Shown here: piece by piece, positions 18,194 through 25,995 of the stretch
Layout of the letters: each line of letters begins with the position of its first letter
Numbering within the stretch: position 1 is the stretch's first letter
Origin: Clostridia bacterium
Lineage (GTDB): Bacteria; Bacillota; Clostridia; Monoglobales; Monoglobaceae
Direction: 5' to 3'
DNA length: 37,195 nucleotides
Assembly: GCA_045602485.1 (NCBI GenBank)
Contig: JAZSBQ010000033.1
Span: 1 to 37,195, forward strand
The notes under the pieces: model-generated
The model's input: only the letters and a program-made list of their open reading frames with translations
What the model was told of the DNA's origin: nothing
Database searches by the model: none
Translations under genes and position numbers: made by a program

Positions 18194-21029
18194 ATTTTTT
18201 ATTCAGATATTTTTTCAGATACTGTCCCGTATAGGACTTTGCCACTTTTGCCACCTTTTCGGGGGTTCCGCAAGCGATAATCTCGCCGCCCTTGTCGCCG
18301 CCCTCGGGACCAAGGTCCACAATATAGTCCGCAGTCTTTATCATATCAAGGTTATGCTCAATCACAACAATTGTGTTGCCTGCATCGACAAGTTTCTGCA
18401 ACACCTCTGTCAGTTTGTGCACATCAGCGCTATGCAGCCCGGTTGTCGGCTCGTCAAGAACATATATGGTGCTGCCGGTGCTTCTTTTGGAGAGTTCAGT
18501 TGCAAGTTTTACTCTCTGTGCCTCGCCGCCTGAGAGAGTGGTGGATGGCTGACCTATCTTGATATAGCCAAGGCCTACATCAAAAAGAGTCTGGAGTTTG
18601 CGTTGAATTTTAGGAATGTTTTCAAAGAACTCGCAGCCCTCTTCAACTGTCATTTCAAGAACATCGTGTATGTTCTTACCCTTGTAGCGTACTTCCAATG
18701 TTTCACGGTTGTATCGTTTGCCGTTGCAGACTTCGCAGGGCACATATACATCCGGCAGAAAGTGCATCTCAATTTTTATAATGCCGTCACCCGTACACGC
18801 CTCACATCTGCCGCCCTTGACGTTAAAACTGAATCTGCCTGAACTGTAGCCCCTAGATTTTGCCTCGGGGGTCATAGCAAAGAGACTGCGTATATCACCA
18901 AAAAGCCCTGTGTATGTGGCAGGGTTACTCCTTGGAGTTCTGCCGATTGGGGACTGGTCTATGGCAATTATCTTGTCAAGATGCTCTGTGCCGATAATCT
19001 TTTTGTATTTGCCGGGCGTTTTTTTTGCGCCGTTCAGTTCGTTTGCAAGGGCCTTGTACAAAATCTCATTGATGAGAGAACTTTTTCCGCTGCCCGAAAC
19101 GCCCGTAACACAAGTGAATGTGCCAAGAGGGATTTTCAGGTTAACATTTTTAAGGTTGTTCTCATATGCACCCTTAATCTCAAGGAAGTTTCCGTTTCCC
19201 TCGCGTCTCTTTTCGGGGACGGGAATTTTCTTTTTGCCGCTGAGGTACAAGCCTGTTTCGGAATTCTCGCACTTCATTATCTCCTCGGCAGTGCCCTGAG
19301 CCACAATCTCGCCACCGTGGATTCCGGCGCCAGGACCGATGTCAATTATATGGTCGGCGGCAAACATAGTGTCCTCGTCGTGCTCAACTACAAGAAGAGT
19401 GTTGCCAAGGTCGCGGAGGCGTTTTAAGGTTTCTATAAGTTTTGCGTTGTCACGCTGATGAAGTCCTATGCTTGGCTCATCAAGAATATAGATAACGCCC
19501 ATAAGACCCGAGCCTATCTGCGTGGCAAGTCGAATCCTCTGTGCTTCACCGCCCGAGAGGGTGCCTGCACTTCTTGACATAGTAAGATAGTCAAGGCCTA
19601 CGTCTACAAGGAATTTAAGCCTTCCAATAATTTCTTTTAATATATTCTTTGCAATGATTATGTCTTTTCCGCTGAGTTTATCAGAGAGGGCGGTAAAAAA
19701 TTCAAGTGCCCTTGCGATAGAAAAGTCAGTCACCTGATTTATATTAAGCCCGTCTATGGTTACGGCAAGAGTCTCAGGCTTGAGCCTTGCTCCATGACAA
19801 TCAGGACAGCACATATCTATCATATAATTCTCGATGTCTGCTCTTGCCCATTCGGAATTTGTTTCCTCATGTCTGCGCTTAAGGTTGGGTATAACACCCT
19901 CAAAGCGGGCGTATTTAACGCCTTTTGCAAAGCGGTTGTCATAGGTCAGTTTAAGTTTTTCACCCTTTGTGCCGTAGAGGATAATGTCAACAATCTCGTC
20001 GGGCAATTCATCAATTGGCGTATCAAGGCTAAATCCGTATCTTGCTGCCATTCCCTCATAATACATTCTTGAAATACTGTTTTGTTCTGTGCCCGACCAT
20101 CCGCTTGCGTGGATTGCACCCTGATTTATGCTCAGGCTTCTGTCGGGGATAACAAGGTCAGGGGATACCATAGTAATAGAGCCAAGACCCATACAAGTCG
20201 GGCAGGCGCCATAGGGGGTGTTGAATGAGAACATTCTTGGTGAGAGTTCTTCTATGTTTATTCCGCAATCATCGCAGGCGTAGTTTCGGCTAAAGGTCAT
20301 ATCCTCGCCGTCAACAACTGAGACTACAACGATTCCGTCTGCCATCTCAAGGGCGGTCTCTATGGAATCAGTCAGACGCTTTTCAATTCCTTCGCGGATA
20401 ACAAGTCGGTCAATGACTATGTCGATACTATGTTTCTTTTGCTTATCAAGCCGGATTGGTTCGCCTGTAAGTTCCATAACCTCGCCGTCAACGCGTACGC
20501 GCACAAAGCCATTTTTTGCAGCATCTTCAAAGGTTTTTGTGTATTCACCTTTTCTGCCTCTTGCAACAGGTGCCATAACCTGAATTTTAGTCTTTTCGGG
20601 CAGAGTAAGAACGGCATCAACAATCTGGTCAATGGACTGCGGCGAAATTTCCTTGCCGCATTTTGGACAGTGTGGCACACCGATGTTGGCATAAAGAAGC
20701 CTTATATAGTCATAAATCTCGGTAACTGTACCGACGGTTGACCTGGGGTTTTTGCTTGTTGTCTTCTGGTCTATGGAGATTGCAGGAGATAAACCGTCAA
20801 TCATCTCTACGTCGGGCTTGTCCATCTGGCCTAAAAACATTCTTGCATAGGCAGAGAGAGACTCTACATAGCGGCGTTGCCCCTCTGCATATATTGTCTC
20901 AAATGCAAGGGATGATTTGCCCGAGCCACTGAGACCTGTCATAACAACAAGTTTGTCACGGGGGATTTCTACCGAGACATTTTTAAGATTATTCTCGTTT
21001 GCTCCCTTTACCACAATATTTTTGTTCAT
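18192..21029 (-). CDS. uvrA: Excinuclease ABC subunit A
   Basis: Two ABC modules ([12 protein letters not shown] and [10 protein letters not shown], with LSGGEAQR twice) and zinc fingers ([20 protein letters not shown]...CEVCNG). 945 aa. Confidence 0.97.
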   Translation of the reverse strand: MNKNIVVKGANENNLKNVSVEIPRDKLVVMTGLSGSGKSSLAFETIYAEGQRRYVESLSAYARMFLGQMDKPDVEMIDGLSPAISIDQKTTSKNPRSTVGTVTEIYDYIRLLYANIGVPHCPKCGKEISPQSIDQIVDAVLTLPEKTKIQVMAPVARGRKGEYTKTFEDAAKNGFVRVRVDGEVMELTGEPIRLDKQKKHSIDIVIDRLVIREGIEKRLTDSIETALEMADGIVVVSVVDGEDMTFSRNYACDDCGINIEELSPRMFSFNTPYGACPTCMGLGSITMVSPDLVIPDRSLSINQGAIHASGWSGTEQNSISRMYYEGMAARYGFSLDTPIDELPDEIVDIILYGTKGEKLKLTYDNRFAKGVKYARFEGVIPNLKRRHEETNSEWARADIENYMIDMCCPDCHGARLKPETLAVTIDGLNINQVTDFSIARALEFFTALSDKLSGKDIIIAKNILKEIIGRLKFLVDVGLDYLTMSRSAGTLSGGEAQRIRLATQIGSGLMGVIYILDEPSIGLHQRDNAKLIETLKRLRDLGNTLLVVEHDEDTMFAADHIIDIGPGAGIHGGEIVAQGTAEEIMKCENSETGLYLSGKKKIPVPEKRREGNGNFLEIKGAYENNLKNVNLKIPLGTFTCVTGVSGSGKSSLINEILYKALANELNGAKKTPGKYKKIIGTEHLDKIIAIDQSPIGRTPRSNPATYTGLFGDIRSLFAMTPEAKSRGYSSGRFSFNVKGGRCEACTGDGIIKIEMHFLPDVYVPCEVCNGKRYNRETLEVRYKGKNIHDVLEMTVEEGCEFFENIPKIQRKLQTLFDVGLGYIKIGQPSTTLSGGEAQRVKLATELSKRSTGSTIYVLDEPTTGLHSADVHKLTEVLQKLVDAGNTIVVIEHNLDMIKTADYIVDLGPEGGDKGGEIIACGTPEKVAKVAKSYTGQYLKKYLNKK

Positions 21030-21044
21030 AATATTTCCTCACTA

Positions 21045-23012
21045 TTACTTAATTGATTCTTCAAGCCGTTTTATCTCGTCTCTCAACTGTGCCGCAAGTT
21101 CAAACTGCAAAAGTTCTGCTGCCTTCTTCATCTCGGTAGTAAGCTCTGCAATTGCAAGATGAATATCGGCAATCTGAATATCTCCGCTGCGGGGCTTTGA
21201 TGTTTTACCCTTTACAGACTTTGTCGCTTCTATAACCTCGCTGACAGACTTTTTAATTGTCTTTGGAATGATTCCGTGTTCTTCGTTGAACTTTCCCTGA
21301 AGTTCGCGGCGGCGGTTTGTCTCATCAATGGCTCTTTGCATAGAGCCTGTAATGTTGTCTGCATACATTATAACCTTGCCGTCGGCGTTTCGTGCCGCTC
21401 TGCCGATGGTCTGAATAAGAGATGTTTCGCTTCGCAGAAAACCCTCTTTGTCCGCATCTAAAATTGCCACAAGGGATACCTCGGGGATATCAAGACCTTC
21501 TCTCAGCAGGTTTATCCCAATCAGCACGTCAAAGACGCCAAGACGCAAATCGCGGATAATTTCCATTCGCTCTATTGCCTGAACATCCGAGTGCAGATAG
21601 CGTACTTTTACTCCCATATCTTCAAAGTATTCCGTCAGTTTTTCTGCCATTTTTTTGGTCAGCGTAGTGACTAAAACTCTCTCGTCTTTTTCAACCCTTT
21701 TAATTATCTCACCGTAGAGGTCATCAACCTGACCCGTAATGGGGCGGACCTCAACCTCGGGGTCAAGCAGTCCGGTTGGACGTATAAGTTGCTCTACAAT
21801 GGCAGAGGACTGTTCCTTTTCAAAGTCCGCAGGAGTTGCACTGACAAACACAGCCTGATTTATCTTGGAGTAGAACTCGTCAAAGGTCAACGGTCTGTTG
21901 TCAAAGGCGGAGGGCAGACGAAATCCGTAGTTGACAAGGCTTTCTTTTCTGGATCTGTCCCCTGCATACATCGCGTGGACCTGAGGCAGAGTAACGTGTG
22001 ATTCGTCAACAAACAGGAGAAAGTCTTTTGGCAGATAGTCCACAAGTGTAAATGGTGCACTCCCGGGTGCTCTGCCGCTGATGTGACGGGAGTAGTTTTC
22101 GATGCCATTGCAAAAGCCCGTCTCCCGCATCATCTCTATATCATAGTTGGTGCGTTGCTCAAGGCGCTGCGCCTCTATAAGTTTGTTGTCTGCACGCAGT
22201 TCTTCAAGTCTTGCTTTAAGTTCCTCCTGTATGCTCTCTATTGCAGCTTCGCGCTTTTCTGCCGTAGTAACATAGTGAGATGCAGGGTAGATTGCAACGT
22301 GGTTGCGTTCTGATACAAGTTCGCCCGTTACGGGATTAAAATCGTAAATGCGGTCAATCTCGTCACCGAAGAATTCTATACGTACCGCGTGAGAGGAAGA
22401 GTCTGACGGGAAAACGTCAAGAACATCTCCGCGGACGCGGAACTTGTTTCGGGAAAACGCAATATCGTTGCGCTCGTATTTTATTTCAATAAGTTTTGCA
22501 ATAATATCGTCTCTGTCACGGGTCATTCCCGGGCGGAGAGACACCACCATATTGTTGTAGTCTATCGGGTCGCCGAGACCGTAAATACAGGACACACTTG
22601 CAACGATGATTACATCTTTGCGCTCAAAGAGTGCCGAGGTTGCACTGTGACGCAGTTTGTCAATTTCTTCGTTGGTGGATGCGTCCTTTTCTATATAAGT
22701 ATCCGAATGTGCGATATACGCCTCGGGCTGATAATAGTCATAGTATGACACAAAATATTCTACTGCGTTATTAGGGAAGATTTCTTTAAACTCGCTGCAA
22801 AGCTGCGCGGCAAGAGTTTTGTTGTGGGCAAGGACTAAAGTAGGGCGCTGGACTTTTTCTATGACATTTGCCATTGTAAAGGTTTTGCCGCTGCCCGTCA
22901 CGCCGAGAAGTGTCTGAAACTTCTCTCCGTTTAATATCCCTTTTGAAAGTTTTTTTATAGCCTGCGGCTGGTCGCCGCCCGGCTTATATTTTGAAACTAC
23001 CTGAAAGTCCAT
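21045..23012 (-). CDS. uvrB: Excinuclease ABC subunit B
   Basis: Walker [11 protein letters not shown], a DESH box (FVDESHVT), helicase motif VI (QTIGRAARN) and the C-terminal UVR motif ([14 protein letters not shown]). Confidence 0.97.
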   Translation of the reverse strand: MDFQVVSKYKPGGDQPQAIKKLSKGILNGEKFQTLLGVTGSGKTFTMANVIEKVQRPTLVLAHNKTLAAQLCSEFKEIFPNNAVEYFVSYYDYYQPEAYIAHSDTYIEKDASTNEEIDKLRHSATSALFERKDVIIVASVSCIYGLGDPIDYNNMVVSLRPGMTRDRDDIIAKLIEIKYERNDIAFSRNKFRVRGDVLDVFPSDSSSHAVRIEFFGDEIDRIYDFNPVTGELVSERNHVAIYPASHYVTTAEKREAAIESIQEELKARLEELRADNKLIEAQRLEQRTNYDIEMMRETGFCNGIENYSRHISGRAPGSAPFTLVDYLPKDFLLFVDESHVTLPQVHAMYAGDRSRKESLVNYGFRLPSAFDNRPLTFDEFYSKINQAVFVSATPADFEKEQSSAIVEQLIRPTGLLDPEVEVRPITGQVDDLYGEIIKRVEKDERVLVTTLTKKMAEKLTEYFEDMGVKVRYLHSDVQAIERMEIIRDLRLGVFDVLIGINLLREGLDIPEVSLVAILDADKEGFLRSETSLIQTIGRAARNADGKVIMYADNITGSMQRAIDETNRRRELQGKFNEEHGIIPKTIKKSVSEVIEATKSVKGKTSKPRSGDIQIADIHLAIAELTTEMKKAAELLQFELAAQLRDEIKRLEESIK

Positions 23013-23066
23013 TGGCTGACCCTCCTTGCAGAAGATTTTTCAAAATTAGTATGTGCTCAATTTATC

Positions 23067-23095
23067 ATTGTAACACATATAATAAAATTTCGCAA
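23067..23095 (-). promoter_or_regulatory. Sigma-A type promoter for uvrBA
   Basis: The minus strand reads TTGCGA (23095-23090), a 17-nt spacer, then TACAAT (23072-23067). No GAAC-N4-GTTC LexA/Cheo box was seen near it. Confidence 0.5.
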
Positions 23096-23142
23096 GATAT
23101 TTTGAGATAAAAAGGGGCAATGTGCCTACATAAACACCCCTG

Positions 23143-23173
23143 AAAAAATAGTCTGCACATATGTGCAGACTAT
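23143..23173 (-). terminator. Terminator of the barnase-barstar transcription unit
   Basis: A perfect 26-bp palindrome, ATAGTCTGCACAT|ATGTGCAGACTAT, is followed on the minus strand by TTTTTT. Confidence 0.75.
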
Positions 23174-23196
23174 TCTGATTTCTCATTTTTAATAAT

Positions 23197-23583
23197 TTAC
23201 GAAATTATTTCAAATGTTACATTAGGATTTTCGTCGTGGATTCTTTGAAATATTACAAACATTTTTTCACAGTATTTCTGAACTTCTTCATTCATAGAGT
23301 AAAAGTTATGTATTTCGACAGAAATATCTTCATCGTCATACCATAAATATCTCAAGCAATCCCATAATGCACTCCAGTTTTCACCATAGTATTCAGGCAG
23401 ACCAAACTTTTTCTTCAGGACTTTATGAACTGTTCCGCAATACTTGCAATCCTTAAAATCCAGAATAATTGGATTTTCTGTTATTTCCTTAAAGGCGCAT
23501 TCGTCGTTAGTATAATCTATTATGTGCAATCCATCTGTGCCTTCAAAATCGGTTTCGTTGTTATCATAATATCTCGTATGCAA
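23197..23583 (-). CDS. Barstar-family ribonuclease inhibitor (immunity protein) with an N-terminal extension
   Basis: LPEYYGENWSALWDCLRY aligns with the barstar barnase-binding helix LPEYYGENLDALWDCLTG. The gene lies 12 nt downstream of the barnase-like ORF on the same strand. Confidence 0.85.
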   Translation of the reverse strand: MHTRYYDNNETDFEGTDGLHIIDYTNDECAFKEITENPIILDFKDCKYCGTVHKVLKKKFGLPEYYGENWSALWDCLRYLWYDDEDISVEIHNFYSMNEEVQKYCEKMFVIFQRIHDENPNVTFEIIS

Positions 23584-23595
23584 TTCCTTATTGAT

Positions 23596-24048
23596 TTAAT
23601 AAACTTCTATAAATGTTTCGTAATGGTCATATGTTACAAAGATTAGCCCGTCGTTTGAGAAGACGAGTCGTTGCTTGTTACGATACCCTTGTACATAATT
23701 GATATCTGCTTCATACCAAACTCGTCCTTCTTTATGTGGTAGATGACCATCATCATTATTATATACTCCGCCCAAAATTTGATATCCCGGCAATACTTCG
23801 GCAAGATTTCCTTGTTTTGGTTTCCAACCTAATACTTTTGCGTCGTATTCTGTCAAATAATTATCGGTTAGTTGCTCGAGATATTTTACAAACCAATCAG
23901 CGCCGGCGGTTCCGTATGGGGTCAGTGTGCCAGCCTTTTTTGCGGGCAATAATTTAATCATGCATCTGCAAAAAGGGTGCAATGGCGGTCTTGGGTCAAT
24001 AGGGTCATCGGTTGAATAAATCCTTCCATGATTGTCACGACATCTCAT
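23596..24048 (-). CDS. Barnase-type (microbial RNase N1/T1 superfamily) toxin with a vestigial phage MuF/SPP1-gp7 C-terminal motif; the coding region extends upstream through an in-frame TGA to ATG 24105
   Basis: The C-terminal 100 aa align with barnase along its length: LTDNYLT..LGW..GNLAEV.PG, then RVWYEADINY..GYRNKQRLVFS..LIFVTYDHYETF. The equivalents of Glu73, Arg83, Arg87 and His102 are conserved. The N-terminus carries the PLHPFCRC motif typical of MuF-domain ends. Confidence 0.8.
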   Translation of the reverse strand: MRCRDNHGRIYSTDDPIDPRPPLHPFCRCMIKLLPAKKAGTLTPYGTAGADWFVKYLEQLTDNYLTEYDAKVLGWKPKQGNLAEVLPGYQILGGVYNNDDGHLPHKEGRVWYEADINYVQGYRNKQRLVFSNDGLIFVTYDHYETFIEVY

Positions 24049-24194
24049 ACAGGTCTTTTCGTTCAGAATCGCTACCCAATTCTTTCAATTTTCACTGTAT
24101 CGCATTATTTTCACCTCCAATCTTATCATAATAAAAGGGTTTTAGCAACCTTATAGTTTTATTATAATAAAATTAAAGTGTCATAGAGTGCCAT

Positions 24195-24224
24195 AAAAAA
24201 GCCCCCTTTGAGAAAGGGGCTTTT
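24195..24224. terminator. Terminator hairpin (strongest on the minus strand)
   Basis: aaaaaaGCCCC(c)TTT-gag-AAAGGGGCtttt. On the minus strand the stem is followed by six T residues. Confidence 0.65.
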
Positions 24225-24294
24225 GCTGTCTTGTAGGGGACGGCGTCCCGACGTCCCGGACCGTGCAGATATTATCCGCCCCTGAAAAGATAAA

Positions 24295-24318
24295 GGCTCC
24301 CAGGAGCATCAGGGAGCC
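24295..24318 (-). terminator. Hairpin downstream of the XRE gene
   Basis: GGCTCCC-10 nt-GGGAGCC lies 25 nt past the XRE stop. The minus strand continues tttatctttt. Confidence 0.45.
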
Positions 24319-24343
24319 GTTACACAGTGACTGAGGGATTGCC

Positions 24344-24571
24344 TCAATCTCTGAATTCAAATAATTTTTTAAGCGGAATATTAAGAGCATCTGCTATATC
24401 AATCAAAGTATCCAAAGTGCAGGAACAAGCAGCGGTTTCAATTCTCTGCATATATTTTCCGCTAATGTTGGCCTTTTCAGCCAATTGCATTTGTGTCATG
24501 CCCTGTTCTTTTCGATAATGCAGAATATTTAAACCGATTGACAACCATATATCAAAATTCTTATTATTCAT
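24344..24571 (-). CDS. XRE-family helix-turn-helix transcriptional regulator
   Basis: 75 aa. GMTQMQLAEKANISGKYMQRIE is a canonical Cro/C1 HTH. RBS AGAGGTG lies upstream. Confidence 0.85.
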   Translation of the reverse strand: MNNKNFDIWLSIGLNILHYRKEQGMTQMQLAEKANISGKYMQRIETAACSCTLDTLIDIADALNIPLKKLFEFRD

Positions 24572-24632
24572 TTGTAGTCACCTCTGTGACTTATATTATA
24601 TGATAGATATATAACGCAACATACTTATCTAT

Positions 24633-24650
24633 TGTGGGTAAATACCCACA
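24633..24650. promoter_or_regulatory. Perfect palindromic operator candidate between the divergent XRE and SLOG genes
   Basis: TGTGGGTA-AA-TACCCACA has 8-bp arms with no mismatch. It lies 6 nt upstream of the -35 of the rightward promoter. Confidence 0.5.
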
Positions 24651-24656
24651 AATTAA

Positions 24657-24685
24657 TTGACTTTAGTAATGCTTTGTGATAAAAT
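24657..24685 (+). promoter_or_regulatory. Sigma-A type promoter (extended -10) for the SLOG gene
   Basis: TTGACT (24657-24662), a 17-nt spacer, then TGaTAAAAT (hexamer 24680-24685). The track's ORF start at 24676 falls inside this promoter. Confidence 0.5.
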
Positions 24686-24798
24686 ACAAACAAATTAATT
24701 GCAAATATAGGGCTGGAGAGAAGCGGGATAGGGCAAGATATAGCCAACGGCAATCATATTATGAAAAATCTTTCACGGCAAAACGATTGTGTATACAA

Positions 24799-25323
24799 AT
24801 GCGTAAATATTTTGTGCAAAAAGAGGGGAATTATTATGAAAATATTTGTTGCTTTGCAGGGCACAGCACTATCTGGCGTGAGGGGGATATGCCGCAAAGG
24901 GCAGAAAGACTTATTGAGAAGTTGATTACAGAAGAAGATGTTGCTGAGTTTTGGGTCGGGAATTATGGAGAATTTGACAGACTTGCCGGCAACATTGTGT
25001 TGCGGCTTAAATTAAAGTATCCGCATATAGTACTTAATCTTGTTGTGCCATATGTAACAGAAAAAATGAATCAAATAAATTTTTTGTATTATGAAAGATA
25101 TGACGAAATAATAATGGCGGATATGCCTGTAAACACACCGATACGACTTAAAATCTTAAAGTGCAATCAGTATATGGTTAAAAACGCAAGGTTTTTAATA
25201 TGTTATGTTAAAAATGCCTTTGGCGGGGCGGCAAAGACTTTGGAATATGCCGAAAGGCAAAAACACATAAAAATATTTAATCTATGTGAAAAAGCTGCTA
25301 TGTGTCGGGCGTCTGACACATAG
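24799..25323 (+). CDS. SLOG-superfamily protein (DUF1273 / YpsA-YoqJ-like); 5' end uncertain, possible 1-nt frameshift
   Basis: ICCFAGHS...FWVGNYGEFDRLAGNIVLRLKLKYPHIVLNLVVPY...NQYMVKNARFLICYV..AFGGAAKTLEYA follows the DUF1273 pattern (CFTGHR, GGxxGxD, P-rich strand, GGT..YA). The in-frame ATG at 24799 has no SD. The SD-backed ATG at 24836 is in another frame. Confidence 0.7.
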   Translation: MRKYFVQKEGNYYENICCFAGHSTIWREGDMPQRAERLIEKLITEEDVAEFWVGNYGEFDRLAGNIVLRLKLKYPHIVLNLVVPYVTEKMNQINFLYYERYDEIIMADMPVNTPIRLKILKCNQYMVKNARFLICYVKNAFGGAAKTLEYAERQKHIKIFNLCEKAAMCRASDT

Positions 25324-25375
25324 TAGCTTTTGCTTTAATATTATAATTATAGAAAAAGTTTGATTAAATATAACG

Positions 25376-25627
25376 AAAAACAGCCGTCTAATGACGGGTT
25401 ATCTCCGGGTTATCGCTGCGCGCCGGTCGCCGTCGTGAGTCGTTTTGTGCACTGCCGTTTCAAAACTCGTACTTTGGGCGACACCGCTCTCCAAAACAGT
25501 TCCCCGAACTGTTTTGGCTTCGCTAACCCAACGAGCCACGCTCGTCGACCTCATAACTAAAAATCAGGAGATTAAAATCTCAACTACAACGAGAAATAAA
25601 AACAGCCGTCATTAGACGGCTGTTTTT
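25376..25627. repeat. GC-rich structured element of about 208 bp bounded by 22-bp inverted repeats derived from the tRNA terminator hairpin
   Basis: AAAAACAGCCGTCTAATGACGG at 25376-25397 (+) equals the reverse complement of 25606-25627. Internal hairpins include CCAAAACAGTTC-ccc-GAACTGTTTTGG (25491-25517) and 25529-25547. Confidence 0.6.
25598..25627. terminator. Bidirectional terminator downstream of the tRNA pair
   Basis: AAAAACAGCCGTC-atta-GACGGCTGTTTTT: a perfect 13-bp stem including the A/T runs. Confidence 0.75.
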
Positions 25628-25632
25628 ATTTC

Positions 25633-25709
<77 letters not shown>

Positions 25710-25759
25710 ATATATTATTATTTATTTGTTTTTCAAAACAAATTATATGCAATAAACTT

Positions 25760-25847
25760 TGGTGCCGGAGACCGGGATCGAACCGGTACGGGAAAAAATC
25801 CCACAGGATTTTAAGTCCTGGGCGTCTGCCAGTTCCGCCACTCCGGC
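25760..25847 (-). tRNA. tRNA-Leu (anticodon TAA), CCA encoded
   Basis: The minus strand reads GCCGGAGTGGCGGAACTGGCAGACGCCCAGGACTTAAAATCCTGTGGGATTTTTTCCCGTACCGGTTCGATCCCGGTCTCCGGCACCA. It has the long variable arm and the class II Leu architecture. Confidence 0.9.
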
Positions 25848-25887
25848 GCAGGCTTCACTTAGGCAGTGCCACCTACAAAGCCTTATT

Positions 25888-25916
25888 ATAATAACACATT
25901 CTATCTATTTTGTCAA
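25888..25916 (-). promoter_or_regulatory. Sigma-A promoter of the tRNA-Leu/tRNA-fMet unit
   Basis: The minus strand reads TTGACA (25916-25911), a 17-nt spacer, then TATTAT (25893-25888), about 40 nt upstream of tRNA-Leu. Confidence 0.6.
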
Positions 25917-25995
25917 GGCTTTTTTTGTGTGATTTTTAGTCGGTTTATAAAATGTTTGCATAGTACAACCTGAACGATTATTATTTTGCGCTAGG

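Noticed and set aside
23013-23100. A LexA (Cheo box, GAAC-N4-GTTC) operator upstream of uvrB.
   Set aside because: No such motif is present in the promoter region on either strand.
24085-24087. The TGA in the toxin 5' region as a sign of alternative genetic code or selenocysteine.
   Set aside because: Other genes in the window clearly terminate with TGA (e.g. gmk and the ParE-like gene), and no SECIS-like hairpin follows. A nonsense mutation or a genuine internal start is more parsimonious.
24120-24148. A TTGCTA-17-TAAGAT promoter directly upstream of the toxin RBS.
   Set aside because: The hexamers fit, but the -10 ends 1 nt before the GGAGGTG, so transcription would start inside or after the SD. 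Not listed as a feature; the toxin promoter remains undefined.
24181-24390. A 69-aa minus-strand ORF overlapping the XRE 3' end.
   Set aside because: It runs through two terminator hairpins and the XRE coding end, and it has no RBS. I consider it spurious.
24676-24798. The track's GTG start at 24676 for the SLOG ORF (215 aa).
   Set aside because: The GTG lies inside the spacer/-10 of the best promoter (24657-24685), so it would not be on the transcript. The basic N-terminal 40 aa show no family resemblance.
25360-25560. A 66-codon plus-strand ORF inside the GC-rich element next to the tRNAs.
   Set aside because: It starts on TTG without a Shine-Dalgarno. The composition (Pro/Arg/Ser/Ala-rich) is what a random frame through GC-rich structured DNA yields, and it is better explained by the hairpin-rich non-coding element.
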